From the NCBI GenBank assembly GCA_000002435.2, contig CM018792.1: a stretch of 64,000 nt of DNA. One strand, 5' to 3'. This stretch comes from Giardia intestinalis (taxonomy: Eukaryota). Positions 28,506 to 37,584 of the stretch are shown piece after piece (positions within the stretch are counted from its first letter, which is position 1; every line of letters begins with the position of its first letter). The notes under the pieces were generated by a model. That model did not search any database. It worked only from the letters and a program-made list of their open reading frames with translations, and was not told where the DNA came from. The position numbers were made by a program, and so were the translations under genes.

Positions 28506-28970
28506 TGCGAAATTTTTTTTAAGAGACTGTTCATGTTCAGCATTACAGGGATCGTGTTACTTGTTATTCTTGTATTGATTTTTGTCTATTAAACATAGGC
28601 GCCACGAGCACGCAGAGTGTCTGTCTGATGACTTAGGGTCGCGATGTTTCTAAACGTTGTCAATTAGGCACGTCTAATTTAGAAGAAATTGTGCCAATAA
28701 CAATTATGTGTATTGCCGTGTCCTATTATGTTCTCCTGTGGCAGCTGCGCCTCCCTGGTACCCCAGTGGCTCATCAGATTGACTCCTAACACAAACAGTA
28801 TTTGATAGAGAGCAATTGAAACGGGATCTTCTTGTTTCCCCAGCAATCACTCTGGAAGCACCTCTGCATTTCTGTTGCAGGCAGAGATGCATCTGAGACA
28901 TCTTGCGTTGCAACTTCAGAGGCAAGCAAAATTCTGACCTCGAATGTTTTGGAAATTTTTAAAAACGTGA

Positions 28971-31900
28971 TTGTTCCGTTCTCTCAATCTGGCACTTGCA
29001 ATAGCCGTTGTCTTCTTGCTTGCGTGTGTGCTCCAGGCATCCCTCTCCACTTCCTGCAACTATGGAATAAGTGAGCTGACAATGGAGGTATTTAAAAACG
29101 TGACTCTGTTTCTCCGTGAGCTGAGCTCGGCAGATGTCCTCCAGAAGAGCATATTGGCTGCGAACCCTATCCCTGCGACATTTCTCTTCGACGTCGAGGA
29201 GAAGCTCAGTGAGGCTGTGGAGCGTGTTGACAGGATCATCAAGGAAAAGGCTACCGCTCTGCGCTCTGCGATTAACTATCTGGAGAAGCTCTATGCCGAC
29301 CTAATGCACACGAACGAGCCCATTTTCATCTGCGAACCGCCCATTGACACGCCCACGTTCTTCCAGTCAATCTTCTACCAAAATGCGTTTGTCGACCCGA
29401 CCTCTGTATCGGCTGTGCCACTGAGGCCTCTTCCACAGTCGTCCTGCATCAATGTCAACCTGGCGAGCATATTTGATAACTTGGTCTTCACCGATTCATT
29501 TCCCAAATCTGACTTTTACGAGGAACCAACGCAAAAGATATATTCATCCTTGGATGAAGATGGATACATTATCGGCAACGCATCGGCAACGACGCGCGAG
29601 GCAAATGTTTATCCCCGCGCTAGCTTTCAATCCTATTTAGATTTGGCTGTGTTCTCCTACCCTCGTGTTAGCAGTTTTGCCACCACGAGTAGCATAATAG
29701 ACCAGGAGAAGAAGAAGTTTGCCCAAACATACAACCAAATAACATCCACAGACACTAGCGTTCCGGCGGGGATCATGCGGTCAAAGATTCATTCTGCACA
29801 CTACAATCTTGCAGACACCTTTTTCATAGTGTTGCTGAGTGACTGTGAAGACACCTATACACAGACCATCTACCCTAATCCAGATATCTTGCATGAGCAA
29901 TTGGTAGACTTTCCAGAGATGTTCACAAGAGGTCAGCTGAAGTTCTCCTACAACTTGCTTGGCGAGCAGGAGATCTACCGCTACGATGATGTCGACTACC
30001 CCGGAATAGATCTGGTCGCCGAGACACTATATGTGAATGTGTCGGCGCAGCAGAAACTATTGAAGACCTCCCTCCAGATCTCGGTAGACATTGCCCAGTC
30101 GATAATAGAGGCCAAGTCGGGCTTCTCGTCCACCGGCGTCGTCTTTGTGGGTTGGAATAGCCTCTTCCCTCTAAAGTCCTCCTACAAGGTGTTTACAGGG
30201 CCTTCTGACGTCTATCTAGACTTCATGAACAGCGTTGTCCGCAACATCTCGGCAGCCAACCACTGTCTCATTCCAACACTCTTTGATCTCTATGAAGCGC
30301 TGCACAATGTGTATATGGAGCGTGTCGAGTACCTGTCCAAGGTGTACCAGCGGCGCAATCCTCTGTACACTGAGTTCGAGTCACACTACAGGGCTCTCGA
30401 CAATTCGGCCCAAACATCGCCCCAGCAAACCACTAGGATCCGTCCCCTGGTAGTCTACATCTTGGGATCCGGAATAAGCACGAATAACCAAAGCATTGTG
30501 AAGTCCACGTCGTCTCTTAAACTCATCTCTGAACTGCTGAGAAAGATGAAGAAGATCAACATACAAATAATCATCATCGCAATTCCTCCGGACAAAGACT
30601 CGAGAAAGGAAAAGAGTGTGTTCAACAAGCGCATGCTCCACTACGAGCAGTTCTGCTGGCTCCGCCGTCTTCTTCTTCCCCGTGCCTTTCATGTTTTTGA
30701 TATCGATGATTACGTGAGCTACATGACTCAGCACTTTTCATCCACAAGCATCTGGTTTCATCACAGGGACATCTACTTCCGTCACATCGTGGAACGGTAC
30801 CTCTCCCCTCTCAGAAGCAAGGACAGTGATATCTACTTCTCTGCCCCATACCTGAATCTGCACGGCAGCTCTATGGTTTCGTTTTGCGGCAACGTGTTTG
30901 TAGACCTAGTCAATCTCCCCAAGAATCAGCACCCTACCTTTAATCACACACTGCTGGTCAACACCACCCAGACATCTAGCAAATTTATCATTGGGTCTGT
31001 TTGTGTCGAGCTACCCATGGGCTCGCTGGTAGCTATGCACGGCTTGGCCCACAAAACATATAGATCTTTTCTTCTCGACAGAAACAGCTTGTCGATCCTG
31101 GGATCTACGTCGCGGTATAAGCCCTTCTGGCAGTACTTTCAGTGGTCTGTGATGGAGTCTCTTCCGAAGAATGCTGCAGATATAATACTTCTGCGCGAGC
31201 AAGGACTAATCGAGCTGGACTTGCATACAGGATATATAGTGCATTATAAAGGCCGCCCGTATAACAATAGCTTTACGCTCGATGCAGATCTTCCGACTGA
31301 CACGAGTCCCTATCCCCTGATAAATAGAACGCGCTATCTTTTCTTCCAACAGATCCCTAACCGCAACGATCTTGTGCTATTGGTCTCACTTAATTTCCAC
31401 GTGTGGGATTATCCACTCGCCCCCAGAAAAACAATTAACCCACCTCTGGGTATAGAGTACCTACTCTGTGGAAATGACTCACCTGATTCTGCCACATTTT
31501 ACACGGTACAGACCGTCTTCTCAAAGGCATACAAGAATACCGGCAAATACACACAAGGGTTGAGCCAATCCTGGTACTCAACTTCAGCACTGTGTAGCTC
31601 TATGTCGCAGTTAGTGCGTGCCTCACCAGAAGTATTTGAGATGAAGTACAATGCTAGTCTGGTGGGCGCCCTGGGACTGAATCCTAGTGTCTTGCGCTTC
31701 GCACGATTTGCTGCGGACAATTCAGGCACCTTGAGAGACTGCTACAACGCGTTCAACGCAGAAGCTACTGGCGTGCCGGGTTCAGTCTCCCAATGCATCT
31801 TTCTTGACCTTTCTGGAAACGTCCTTGCATATCCGTCTTTCAGATGTACAAACACATACAACAAGCTCATCCAGAACTTGCTCAACCAGCCTGTGGCTAG

Positions 31901-32870
31901 AAGGATCTCCTTCCATCGCTCCTCCTGCATGTGCTCCACGCTTTTCTACGATAGTGGGGACCCTGTCATTTTGGACGATTATGACACCTACCTTTACAAC
32001 TTTACTTGTGTTTCTATGGTAATAAGACTCTATAGCAAGTCAGTTCCAGACTTCCTGGACCACCCAGAGGTGGTGGGGTTCTTCATTGTCACCTTCACGG
32101 ACCATGGTTTAAAGCGCTTGTATACGAAGAAGAAGGCAGAGTTTGTTGCGGAAATAGCTGCTATTTGCCCTAACTACGATCCAAGTCAACAAATATATCA
32201 ATGCAACAATCTCATGTTTATAGACTTGCATACGGCGGACATTTATATAGACGACTTCTCGAGCCTCCTCATAGATGCCGAAAAAATTATCAATCCTCAT
32301 GTGAGCCAGATGCAGTACCTGCTGTGGTATCACGGATTTCTTCAGTGCGTCTTCAGGCAGTATCACGACAAAGTTCTTCGAACCATGGCTGCATCTAAAG
32401 CTTTAGAAGATATCTATACCGCAATGATCTTTAGAAAGAAGGATATGATAACCTATGATGTCTACTCAAGGCACTTGCAAGATGCAGAAACTGTGAAAAG
32501 GGTCAAAAATAAGGTTGTTCTGGGTCTCTTTTATGACATCAGTGGAGTGGCTGTGGACGCCACGTATCTGTCGCTGAATGTAACCCCGAGTGTGGGATGT
32601 AAGCGCGAACTGGAAGACTCGGGAGCTCTCCTTGCATACTACCCCCAAGCAAACACCTTGAGCTTGGCATACAGTGACGCCTACTACACTACTAAAGACA
32701 AAGCTGAATTCATTGCTGTCTCGATTTATTCCGAACTGGAACAAAAGGTACTATTCCCATTGCTTATCAGCGTCACTGTCCTCCTGCTGCTCTTTACGCT
32801 CCTCAAAACAATTTTCAGGAGAACACCTGTAGCGTATCGACTGCGCTTGCATCACGTAACTGGCCGGTGA
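28971..32870 (+). CDS. Large type-I membrane protein (about 1,260-1,300 aa) with an N-terminal signal peptide, a long luminal/extracellular region with many N-x-S/T sites, a C-terminal transmembrane helix and a short basic tail. The start is uncertain.
   Basis: Signal peptide LFRSLNLALAIAVVFLLACVLQASLS is encoded at 28971-29048. The C-terminal helix is LLISVTVLLLLFTLL followed by KTIFRR. The first in-frame ATG downstream of the signal peptide is at 29082. An upstream in-frame ATG at 28944 is separated from the signal peptide by a TGA at 28968-28970. Confidence 0.55.
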   Translation: MFRSLNLALAIAVVFLLACVLQASLSTSCNYGISELTMEVFKNVTLFLRELSSADVLQKSILAANPIPATFLFDVEEKLSEAVERVDRIIKEKATALRSAINYLEKLYADLMHTNEPIFICEPPIDTPTFFQSIFYQNAFVDPTSVSAVPLRPLPQSSCINVNLASIFDNLVFTDSFPKSDFYEEPTQKIYSSLDEDGYIIGNASATTREANVYPRASFQSYLDLAVFSYPRVSSFATTSSIIDQEKKKFAQTYNQITSTDTSVPAGIMRSKIHSAHYNLADTFFIVLLSDCEDTYTQTIYPNPDILHEQLVDFPEMFTRGQLKFSYNLLGEQEIYRYDDVDYPGIDLVAETLYVNVSAQQKLLKTSLQISVDIAQSIIEAKSGFSSTGVVFVGWNSLFPLKSSYKVFTGPSDVYLDFMNSVVRNISAANHCLIPTLFDLYEALHNVYMERVEYLSKVYQRRNPLYTEFESHYRALDNSAQTSPQQTTRIRPLVVYILGSGISTNNQSIVKSTSSLKLISELLRKMKKINIQIIIIAIPPDKDSRKEKSVFNKRMLHYEQFCWLRRLLLPRAFHVFDIDDYVSYMTQHFSSTSIWFHHRDIYFRHIVERYLSPLRSKDSDIYFSAPYLNLHGSSMVSFCGNVFVDLVNLPKNQHPTFNHTLLVNTTQTSSKFIIGSVCVELPMGSLVAMHGLAHKTYRSFLLDRNSLSILGSTSRYKPFWQYFQWSVMESLPKNAADIILLREQGLIELDLHTGYIVHYKGRPYNNSFTLDADLPTDTSPYPLINRTRYLFFQQIPNRNDLVLLVSLNFHVWDYPLAPRKTINPPLGIEYLLCGNDSPDSATFYTVQTVFSKAYKNTGKYTQGLSQSWYSTSALCSSMSQLVRASPEVFEMKYNASLVGALGLNPSVLRFARFAADNSGTLRDCYNAFNAEATGVPGSVSQCIFLDLSGNVLAYPSFRCTNTYNKLIQNLLNQPVARRISFHRSSCMCSTLFYDSGDPVILDDYDTYLYNFTCVSMVIRLYSKSVPDFLDHPEVVGFFIVTFTDHGLKRLYTKKKAEFVAEIAAICPNYDPSQQIYQCNNLMFIDLHTADIYIDDFSSLLIDAEKIINPHVSQMQYLLWYHGFLQCVFRQYHDKVLRTMAASKALEDIYTAMIFRKKDMITYDVYSRHLQDAETVKRVKNKVVLGLFYDISGVAVDATYLSLNVTPSVGCKRELEDSGALLAYYPQANTLSLAYSDAYYTTKDKAEFIAVSIYSELEQKVLFPLLISVTVLLLLFTLLKTIFRRTPVAYRLRLHHVTGR

Positions 32871-34670
32871 CTACTTGCTTTCTTCTGTAACGCTTTCAGT
32901 GGTAATGGTATCGGAGTCATAAATGAGTCTATCGCTTTCCTTTTCTACGTGGCGTTTAGCAGCACGTCTTAGCCTGCATCTCCTAAGCATCAGGAGGGAA
33001 ACGAGTATCAGAGTGATAACGAGGATAATACCGAAAAGGGACGAGATGATTATAGCTGAAAGGAACCTGTTGCTCGCATCATTCTCCCTAGTGGGCATGT
33101 TGTCCTTTATGTACGTGCGAAGTAGATCCCCCATTGTGACGTTTTCGCTGACATTGCCAGTGGCATCCGACTCTACGTAAATAGTCTTTGGAACATACGA
33201 CTTCGACGAGTCACTGACATTGTGACACGGCCCTCCTCTGCCCATCGCCAAAGTGATGTATCGCGATTCGTAAGATGTCAGGATGATATTATAGCATGCG
33301 CCCCTGTCCATGCTAGAGATATCCTCCTCAAGCAGAATCAGCGGTGCACCCTGGTTTCCAGTCCCCATGCTGTTCATATAGTTTACGACGCACGAAAGCT
33401 CGTCGTAAGTGACGTTGTTTAGGTAGCTCATGACGTAGCGAAAAGGGAATATCGTGTACGTATCATCTAGCGTTATATTCCCCGCATACAAGGACTCTCT
33501 AAAATAACCTGATACGGAGGCGACTAGGGGCCTGCATGTCTTGTCAAAGATGTCCAAGGAGAAGAGCTGGGACGGAACAACGTCCTTGATCCACAAAGAG
33601 TAAAGTGAACTGGAGGAGTCATATGGCGGGGCAAGGTTGTATTCGTGGGGTGAGTACCCTATTACAGTCATGATGTTCAGCGCGGCAACGTACATCTCAA
33701 TCTGCTCCTGAATAGCCAGGCCGTTCTTTGTCAATAAGGCATTCTCTGGTATGTTAAGGCGGAGAGCGGAGTTAGCATACGTGAAGTCGGTGGGGAGGTT
33801 TGGCACGATCTTTGCCATCTGAACGCCTTTATGAATCTCCCCATTGCTCTCATAGTCAACGTCCAAAAACATGTATTCCACGTGTTGCAAGTGCTCTAGG
33901 TAGCAGCCTGCCTCAACCATGTAGCACTGGGTGGCGTTGGGAAAGGGACATTCTTGATTGACCAATATGTGGCTATGGGACGCCAGGAGCAGCATCGGGA
34001 TAGTGTAGTTCTGAGCGTCATAGTAGCTTCGAAAGGCGGCGTAGATTTCGCTCCACTCTGAGTCCCCAGAGGCCATGTGGTTGTTCACTACTAGAACATC
34101 TACACTGTACTTATAAGAGTCAAGAATATCCTGGACGGCGCTGCTCTTAATGACCTGCGCTGGGGGCTTCGTGTGGCCATACTCATAGAGCATCCCGTGA
34201 AAGAGGAAGGAGAAGACCATTGCACGGATGCCATTCTTGAAGGTTAGGTACTTATGTGTGTGCTGAATGAGTGGTGCGCCGTCGCTGTTCCTGTAAGTGT
34301 TAGTAGAAATGAACCTGTCTCCAAAAAGGGTGTCTGAGTGGTCACTGAGGAAGGCTGCAGAATCGGCGTTGTCCATGTCATGGTTACCGATGGTCATGAT
34401 ATCGAAGGGGAGACGCGAAGCAAGGCTATAAATGATCTCCCCCCTAACATCTGTAACATCTGATAGGCCTGTCCCCTCGATGATATCTCCCCCATCAATG
34501 GCTAAGACGTCTGCTGAAGGATCTCTGGCTGCTGCATTATGCATATGCTCAATGTATGAGACTAAAAGACCGTAGTTCCCAATGTCGTGCTGATGAGCAT
34601 GCCCATAGACCCATCCGTGGGTGTCCGAGACAGATAGGACATGGAGAGTGCGGATACCCTCCGCAGGCAT
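32871..34670 (-). CDS. 5'-nucleotidase/apyrase-family metallophosphoesterase (calcineurin-like) with a C-terminal transmembrane anchor.
   Basis: LHVLSVSDTHG ... AIDGGDIIEGTG ... DIMTIGNHDMD matches the metallophosphatase motifs D-x-H-G / G-D-x-x-D / G-N-H-D/E. The C-terminal helix is LSAIIISSLFGIILVITLILVSLLML. The track start at 34871 is TTG; the first ATG is at 34668-34670 in a gtaattattaaaATGcc context. Confidence 0.6.
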   Translation of the reverse strand: MPAEGIRTLHVLSVSDTHGWVYGHAHQHDIGNYGLLVSYIEHMHNAAARDPSADVLAIDGGDIIEGTGLSDVTDVRGEIIYSLASRLPFDIMTIGNHDMDNADSAAFLSDHSDTLFGDRFISTNTYRNSDGAPLIQHTHKYLTFKNGIRAMVFSFLFHGMLYEYGHTKPPAQVIKSSAVQDILDSYKYSVDVLVVNNHMASGDSEWSEIYAAFRSYYDAQNYTIPMLLLASHSHILVNQECPFPNATQCYMVEAGCYLEHLQHVEYMFLDVDYESNGEIHKGVQMAKIVPNLPTDFTYANSALRLNIPENALLTKNGLAIQEQIEMYVAALNIMTVIGYSPHEYNLAPPYDSSSSLYSLWIKDVVPSQLFSLDIFDKTCRPLVASVSGYFRESLYAGNITLDDTYTIFPFRYVMSYLNNVTYDELSCVVNYMNSMGTGNQGAPLILLEEDISSMDRGACYNIILTSYESRYITLAMGRGGPCHNVSDSSKSYVPKTIYVESDATGNVSENVTMGDLLRTYIKDNMPTRENDASNRFLSAIIISSLFGIILVITLILVSLLMLRRCRLRRAAKRHVEKESDRLIYDSDTITTESVTEESK

Positions 34671-34693
34671 TTTAATAATTACTTCCAGCTCGA
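34671..34693. promoter_or_regulatory. 23-bp shared divergent promoter between the metallophosphoesterase and NSUN5-like genes (tttaataattacttccagctcga).
   Basis: The start codons are 23 bp apart on opposite strands, with an A/T-rich initiator-like sequence abutting the minus-strand ATG. Confidence 0.4.
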
Positions 34694-36070
34694 ATGACGA
34701 ATGATGTGTTTCTACAGGCTGCAGACGTAGTAAGGGACTTTCGCGCTGGAAAAGGCGGCCTAAAGGCTCTGTGTTATGCTCGAGCCAGCCAGCCGGGGCC
34801 TGTCTATGCCCTGGCCTTGCGGGCCTTGGGACACGCAGATCCGTTGAAAGACACCATTTCACGGCTGGCAAATGCAGACGATACTACACTAGAGCACAAT
34901 CATGTGCTTGTGATGGCCACAGAGGCACTTTTAGGGGACGGAGTACCTCATAGAAGAAGGCGCTTAGAAGGATCCACAAGAGACGCCCTTCGCATAGTCA
35001 AAACTCACATGCCTGAGTTTGCGTGTCTGCTGAAGAAGCCAGACGCGACTAGCGTGAAATCTCACAATGCTACAAGCGCTACACCATACCTACCTCGTGC
35101 ATTTAGAGTTAACCTAGATAAGCGTGAATATCCGGAAATAAACGACGAAGCAGACAGGATGCGACTTACTCTGGAGGCAGAAGAGCAGTGTGTTCTACGT
35201 GTTCAGGATCAATTACAAAACGAACTGCCTCCAGAAGCAAAGCTCACCAGACATCCCATCCTTAAAGATTTTCTGCTGATTTCTGCTCCTGATATGAAGA
35301 TTCCATTCCACAATCTCTGGGTGGTCAAGACAAACCAGGCTGTCATGCAGTCGCTTGCTTCTGGCCTGCCTCTGGCTGCACTTCGCGAGGCCGCCATCAA
35401 GCTATTCCCGTCCCTGAAAAATGTCTGTGTACTCGATGTCTGTGCTGCTCCCGGCTCCAAGACATTCCAAGCCTGCAACTATTTTTCCGGCGTCCACGCT
35501 AATGACCTTGACAGACGTCGCTGTGAGATCATTCTTCGTCGGGGTAAGGAGCTAGTCAGTACAAAAGCTGTGCGGTCTGCAAATGTCGTTGCTGGCCTAC
35601 CAATTAACTCTCTTGTGATCACAAGCAATGACGCTCTCAGACTCAAGGACACTGGTTGCCAGATTATTGTCTGTGATCCCACATGCTCATCCTCGGGCAT
35701 ATACAGTAACAAGGATGCTTCACTCGCGGAGGCGGCGGGGGTGGCGAAAACACACGCTGACCCGGCTGAGCTCAGCCAGTTTCAGATAAAGCTTCTTACT
35801 AAGCTTCTCACGAAGTTTCCCAGTGCGCTGCTAGTGTCGTACAGCACGTGCAGCATTCATTCCGTTGAAAATGAAGACGTCGTGGCGGCGGTTATGGAGG
35901 ATGAGACAGGGATTTCTAAGGAGTGGGAGCTGTGGAACGCGCTTCCAGAGTGGCCACTGCGAGGAAAAAAGCCATACACTTGTTGTTTGCGGGCAGACAA
36001 GCGACAGAAGACTGACGGGTTCTTTGCTGCGATTTTCGTCAGAAAGTCTCTACTCAAAAGGCCCTCATGA
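34694..36070 (+). CDS. NOL1/NOP2/Sun-family RNA cytosine-C5 methyltransferase, most similar to NSUN5/Rcm1 (rRNA m5C).
   Basis: SAM-binding motif VLDVCAAPGSKT. Catalytic region IIVCDPTCSSSG ... LVSYSTCSIHSVENEDVV ... LPEWPLRG ... DGFFAAIFVRK, colinear with human NSUN5 ILLDPSCSGSG ... LVYSTCSLCQEENEDVV ... LPAWPHRG ... SGFFVAVIER. Confidence 0.7.
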   Translation: MTNDVFLQAADVVRDFRAGKGGLKALCYARASQPGPVYALALRALGHADPLKDTISRLANADDTTLEHNHVLVMATEALLGDGVPHRRRRLEGSTRDALRIVKTHMPEFACLLKKPDATSVKSHNATSATPYLPRAFRVNLDKREYPEINDEADRMRLTLEAEEQCVLRVQDQLQNELPPEAKLTRHPILKDFLLISAPDMKIPFHNLWVVKTNQAVMQSLASGLPLAALREAAIKLFPSLKNVCVLDVCAAPGSKTFQACNYFSGVHANDLDRRRCEIILRRGKELVSTKAVRSANVVAGLPINSLVITSNDALRLKDTGCQIIVCDPTCSSSGIYSNKDASLAEAAGVAKTHADPAELSQFQIKLLTKLLTKFPSALLVSYSTCSIHSVENEDVVAAVMEDETGISKEWELWNALPEWPLRGKKPYTCCLRADKRQKTDGFFAAIFVRKSLLKRPS

Positions 36071-37519
36071 CCACTTGTCAACCTCTTCTATTAAGGATTG
36101 TAGCTCGCGTGTCAGAGAAGAAGCATGACCCATTACATTCTGCATCTGATGAATGAGCTGTTCTTTCTTGGCGTCTTGAAGGCTTCGTAGCTTGCTAATC
36201 GTGTCTTGGTATGCACGCATCATGTTCAGCTGGTCCGCGGTGCACTGCTCTAGCTCCTGGTTCTTCTGGGCGAACTCTGCAAGTAGAGCGTCATCTCCTT
36301 TCCGCTCCTCTTCCAACTCCAGTATGCGCTGTCGCTGCTTGACATCTGCCTCCTCTAGCTTTTGGGCTCTGGCCAGCGCTGAATTGAAGTTGTCGACGGT
36401 GTTATTTGTGTGGCTCATTAGTCGATTGGCTACCGCAACAGATGCAGCCCGGTCGATCTGGGCCTCGTGGAGCCCTTCTGTAACAGCCTTTGTTAGTAGT
36501 GAAAGAGCAGCTCTGACGTACCTAAGCTGTGTGGCGGTCGCCTCATCCGTTGCACAAACAAGCACAGACAGTAAATCCACTCGACGAGCTTCTTTGGTAA
36601 GGTAGCCTTCCGAACTGCCATCTATGATGAAAATACTATGGTAAGTGTCAAACATAAGAATCTGTGGAGGTTGCAGAGAGAATGTAAGCCTTGCCTCTGC
36701 ACACATGATGAGCTTCGGGGCTGTGTCAGTAAGTAGGTAGTGTATGGTCAATGCTAGATGTCCATGGTGTCGTCCTAGGAGTACAAGAAACCCTTGGTGA
36801 AGCAGGAGTCCTTGTAACACCAGTGTGTTTTGATTCATATGGCCATCCGGGGTGATACGTATCAACTCATAATGCGGATAGCGCAAAAGATATAAGCCAC
36901 TGGGAAGCAGGTTAGCTGAGTTCTGTGTTACAGTAGTCTGTACAGACAAGAGTGCAATGTGTTTTGACTGGCATAGTATCTTCATTTGAGTTGCGCTTCC
37001 TAGCATATGGGCCCTTTTGTTTTCGATTATGACACATGCGGTGCTGCCAGACAGCTCTTCACTACCCAGAAGAAGTATCGTGCTGTCCTGCAGACTGCCA
37101 GAATCTCCTTGCCAACAGGCAACGTCACTAACTTGTTGTATCGGAAGATTGGACGTGACGGGAAAGAGAGAAGTCAAGGACAAGTCTTTTGCAGAGACAC
37201 GATAGAAGAAGATGCCCCTCTCTGCATGCGGACTGTTGCCATCAAGAGAAATGGGTATAGATGTAACCAGCAACATACTGGATGAAGTAGCGGTACAATA
37301 AGCATGCCACCACCTTGACTCTGTCGTACGAATAGATAATGGCCGGCGCATCCGGGCCACAAACACAGTTCGCATTGCAATCTTGTAGGTTCTAAGCTCC
37401 ATACTCAACTCGTCCTTCAGTGCAGTCACAAGTAAAGCATGCTCCTGGGCGCAGACGCGAGTATTCCGAAGCGCATCTAAGCTTACTGAACACTTCACCC
37501 TCTCAATCATCGTTTTCAT
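36065..37519 (-). CDS. Hypothetical protein with a globular N-terminal ~370 aa and a C-terminal coiled coil.
   Basis: A heptad-like charged C-terminus (KLEEADVKQRQRILELEEERK...ELEQ...LRSLQDAKKEQ). ATG at 37517-37519. No family recognised. The 3' end overlaps the NSUN5-like gene by 6 bp. Confidence 0.45.
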   Translation of the reverse strand: MKTMIERVKCSVSLDALRNTRVCAQEHALLVTALKDELSMELRTYKIAMRTVFVARMRRPLSIRTTESRWWHAYCTATSSSMLLVTSIPISLDGNSPHAERGIFFYRVSAKDLSLTSLFPVTSNLPIQQVSDVACWQGDSGSLQDSTILLLGSEELSGSTACVIIENKRAHMLGSATQMKILCQSKHIALLSVQTTVTQNSANLLPSGLYLLRYPHYELIRITPDGHMNQNTLVLQGLLLHQGFLVLLGRHHGHLALTIHYLLTDTAPKLIMCAEARLTFSLQPPQILMFDTYHSIFIIDGSSEGYLTKEARRVDLLSVLVCATDEATATQLRYVRAALSLLTKAVTEGLHEAQIDRAASVAVANRLMSHTNNTVDNFNSALARAQKLEEADVKQRQRILELEEERKGDDALLAEFAQKNQELEQCTADQLNMMRAYQDTISKLRSLQDAKKEQLIHQMQNVMGHASSLTRELQSLIEEVDKWS

Positions 37520-37584
37520 TCAAGAAGGAGTTTACAGGCGGTTGGCTGCGCTACAGTCAACAGGGAAAAAGGATTGAAAAAGTA

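Noticed and set aside
28832-29074. 80-aa ORF in frame +2 overlapping the start of the large surface-protein gene.
   Set aside because: It is simply the alternative-frame reading of the duplicated start region and signal-peptide segment. It has no independent support and ends inside the main ORF.
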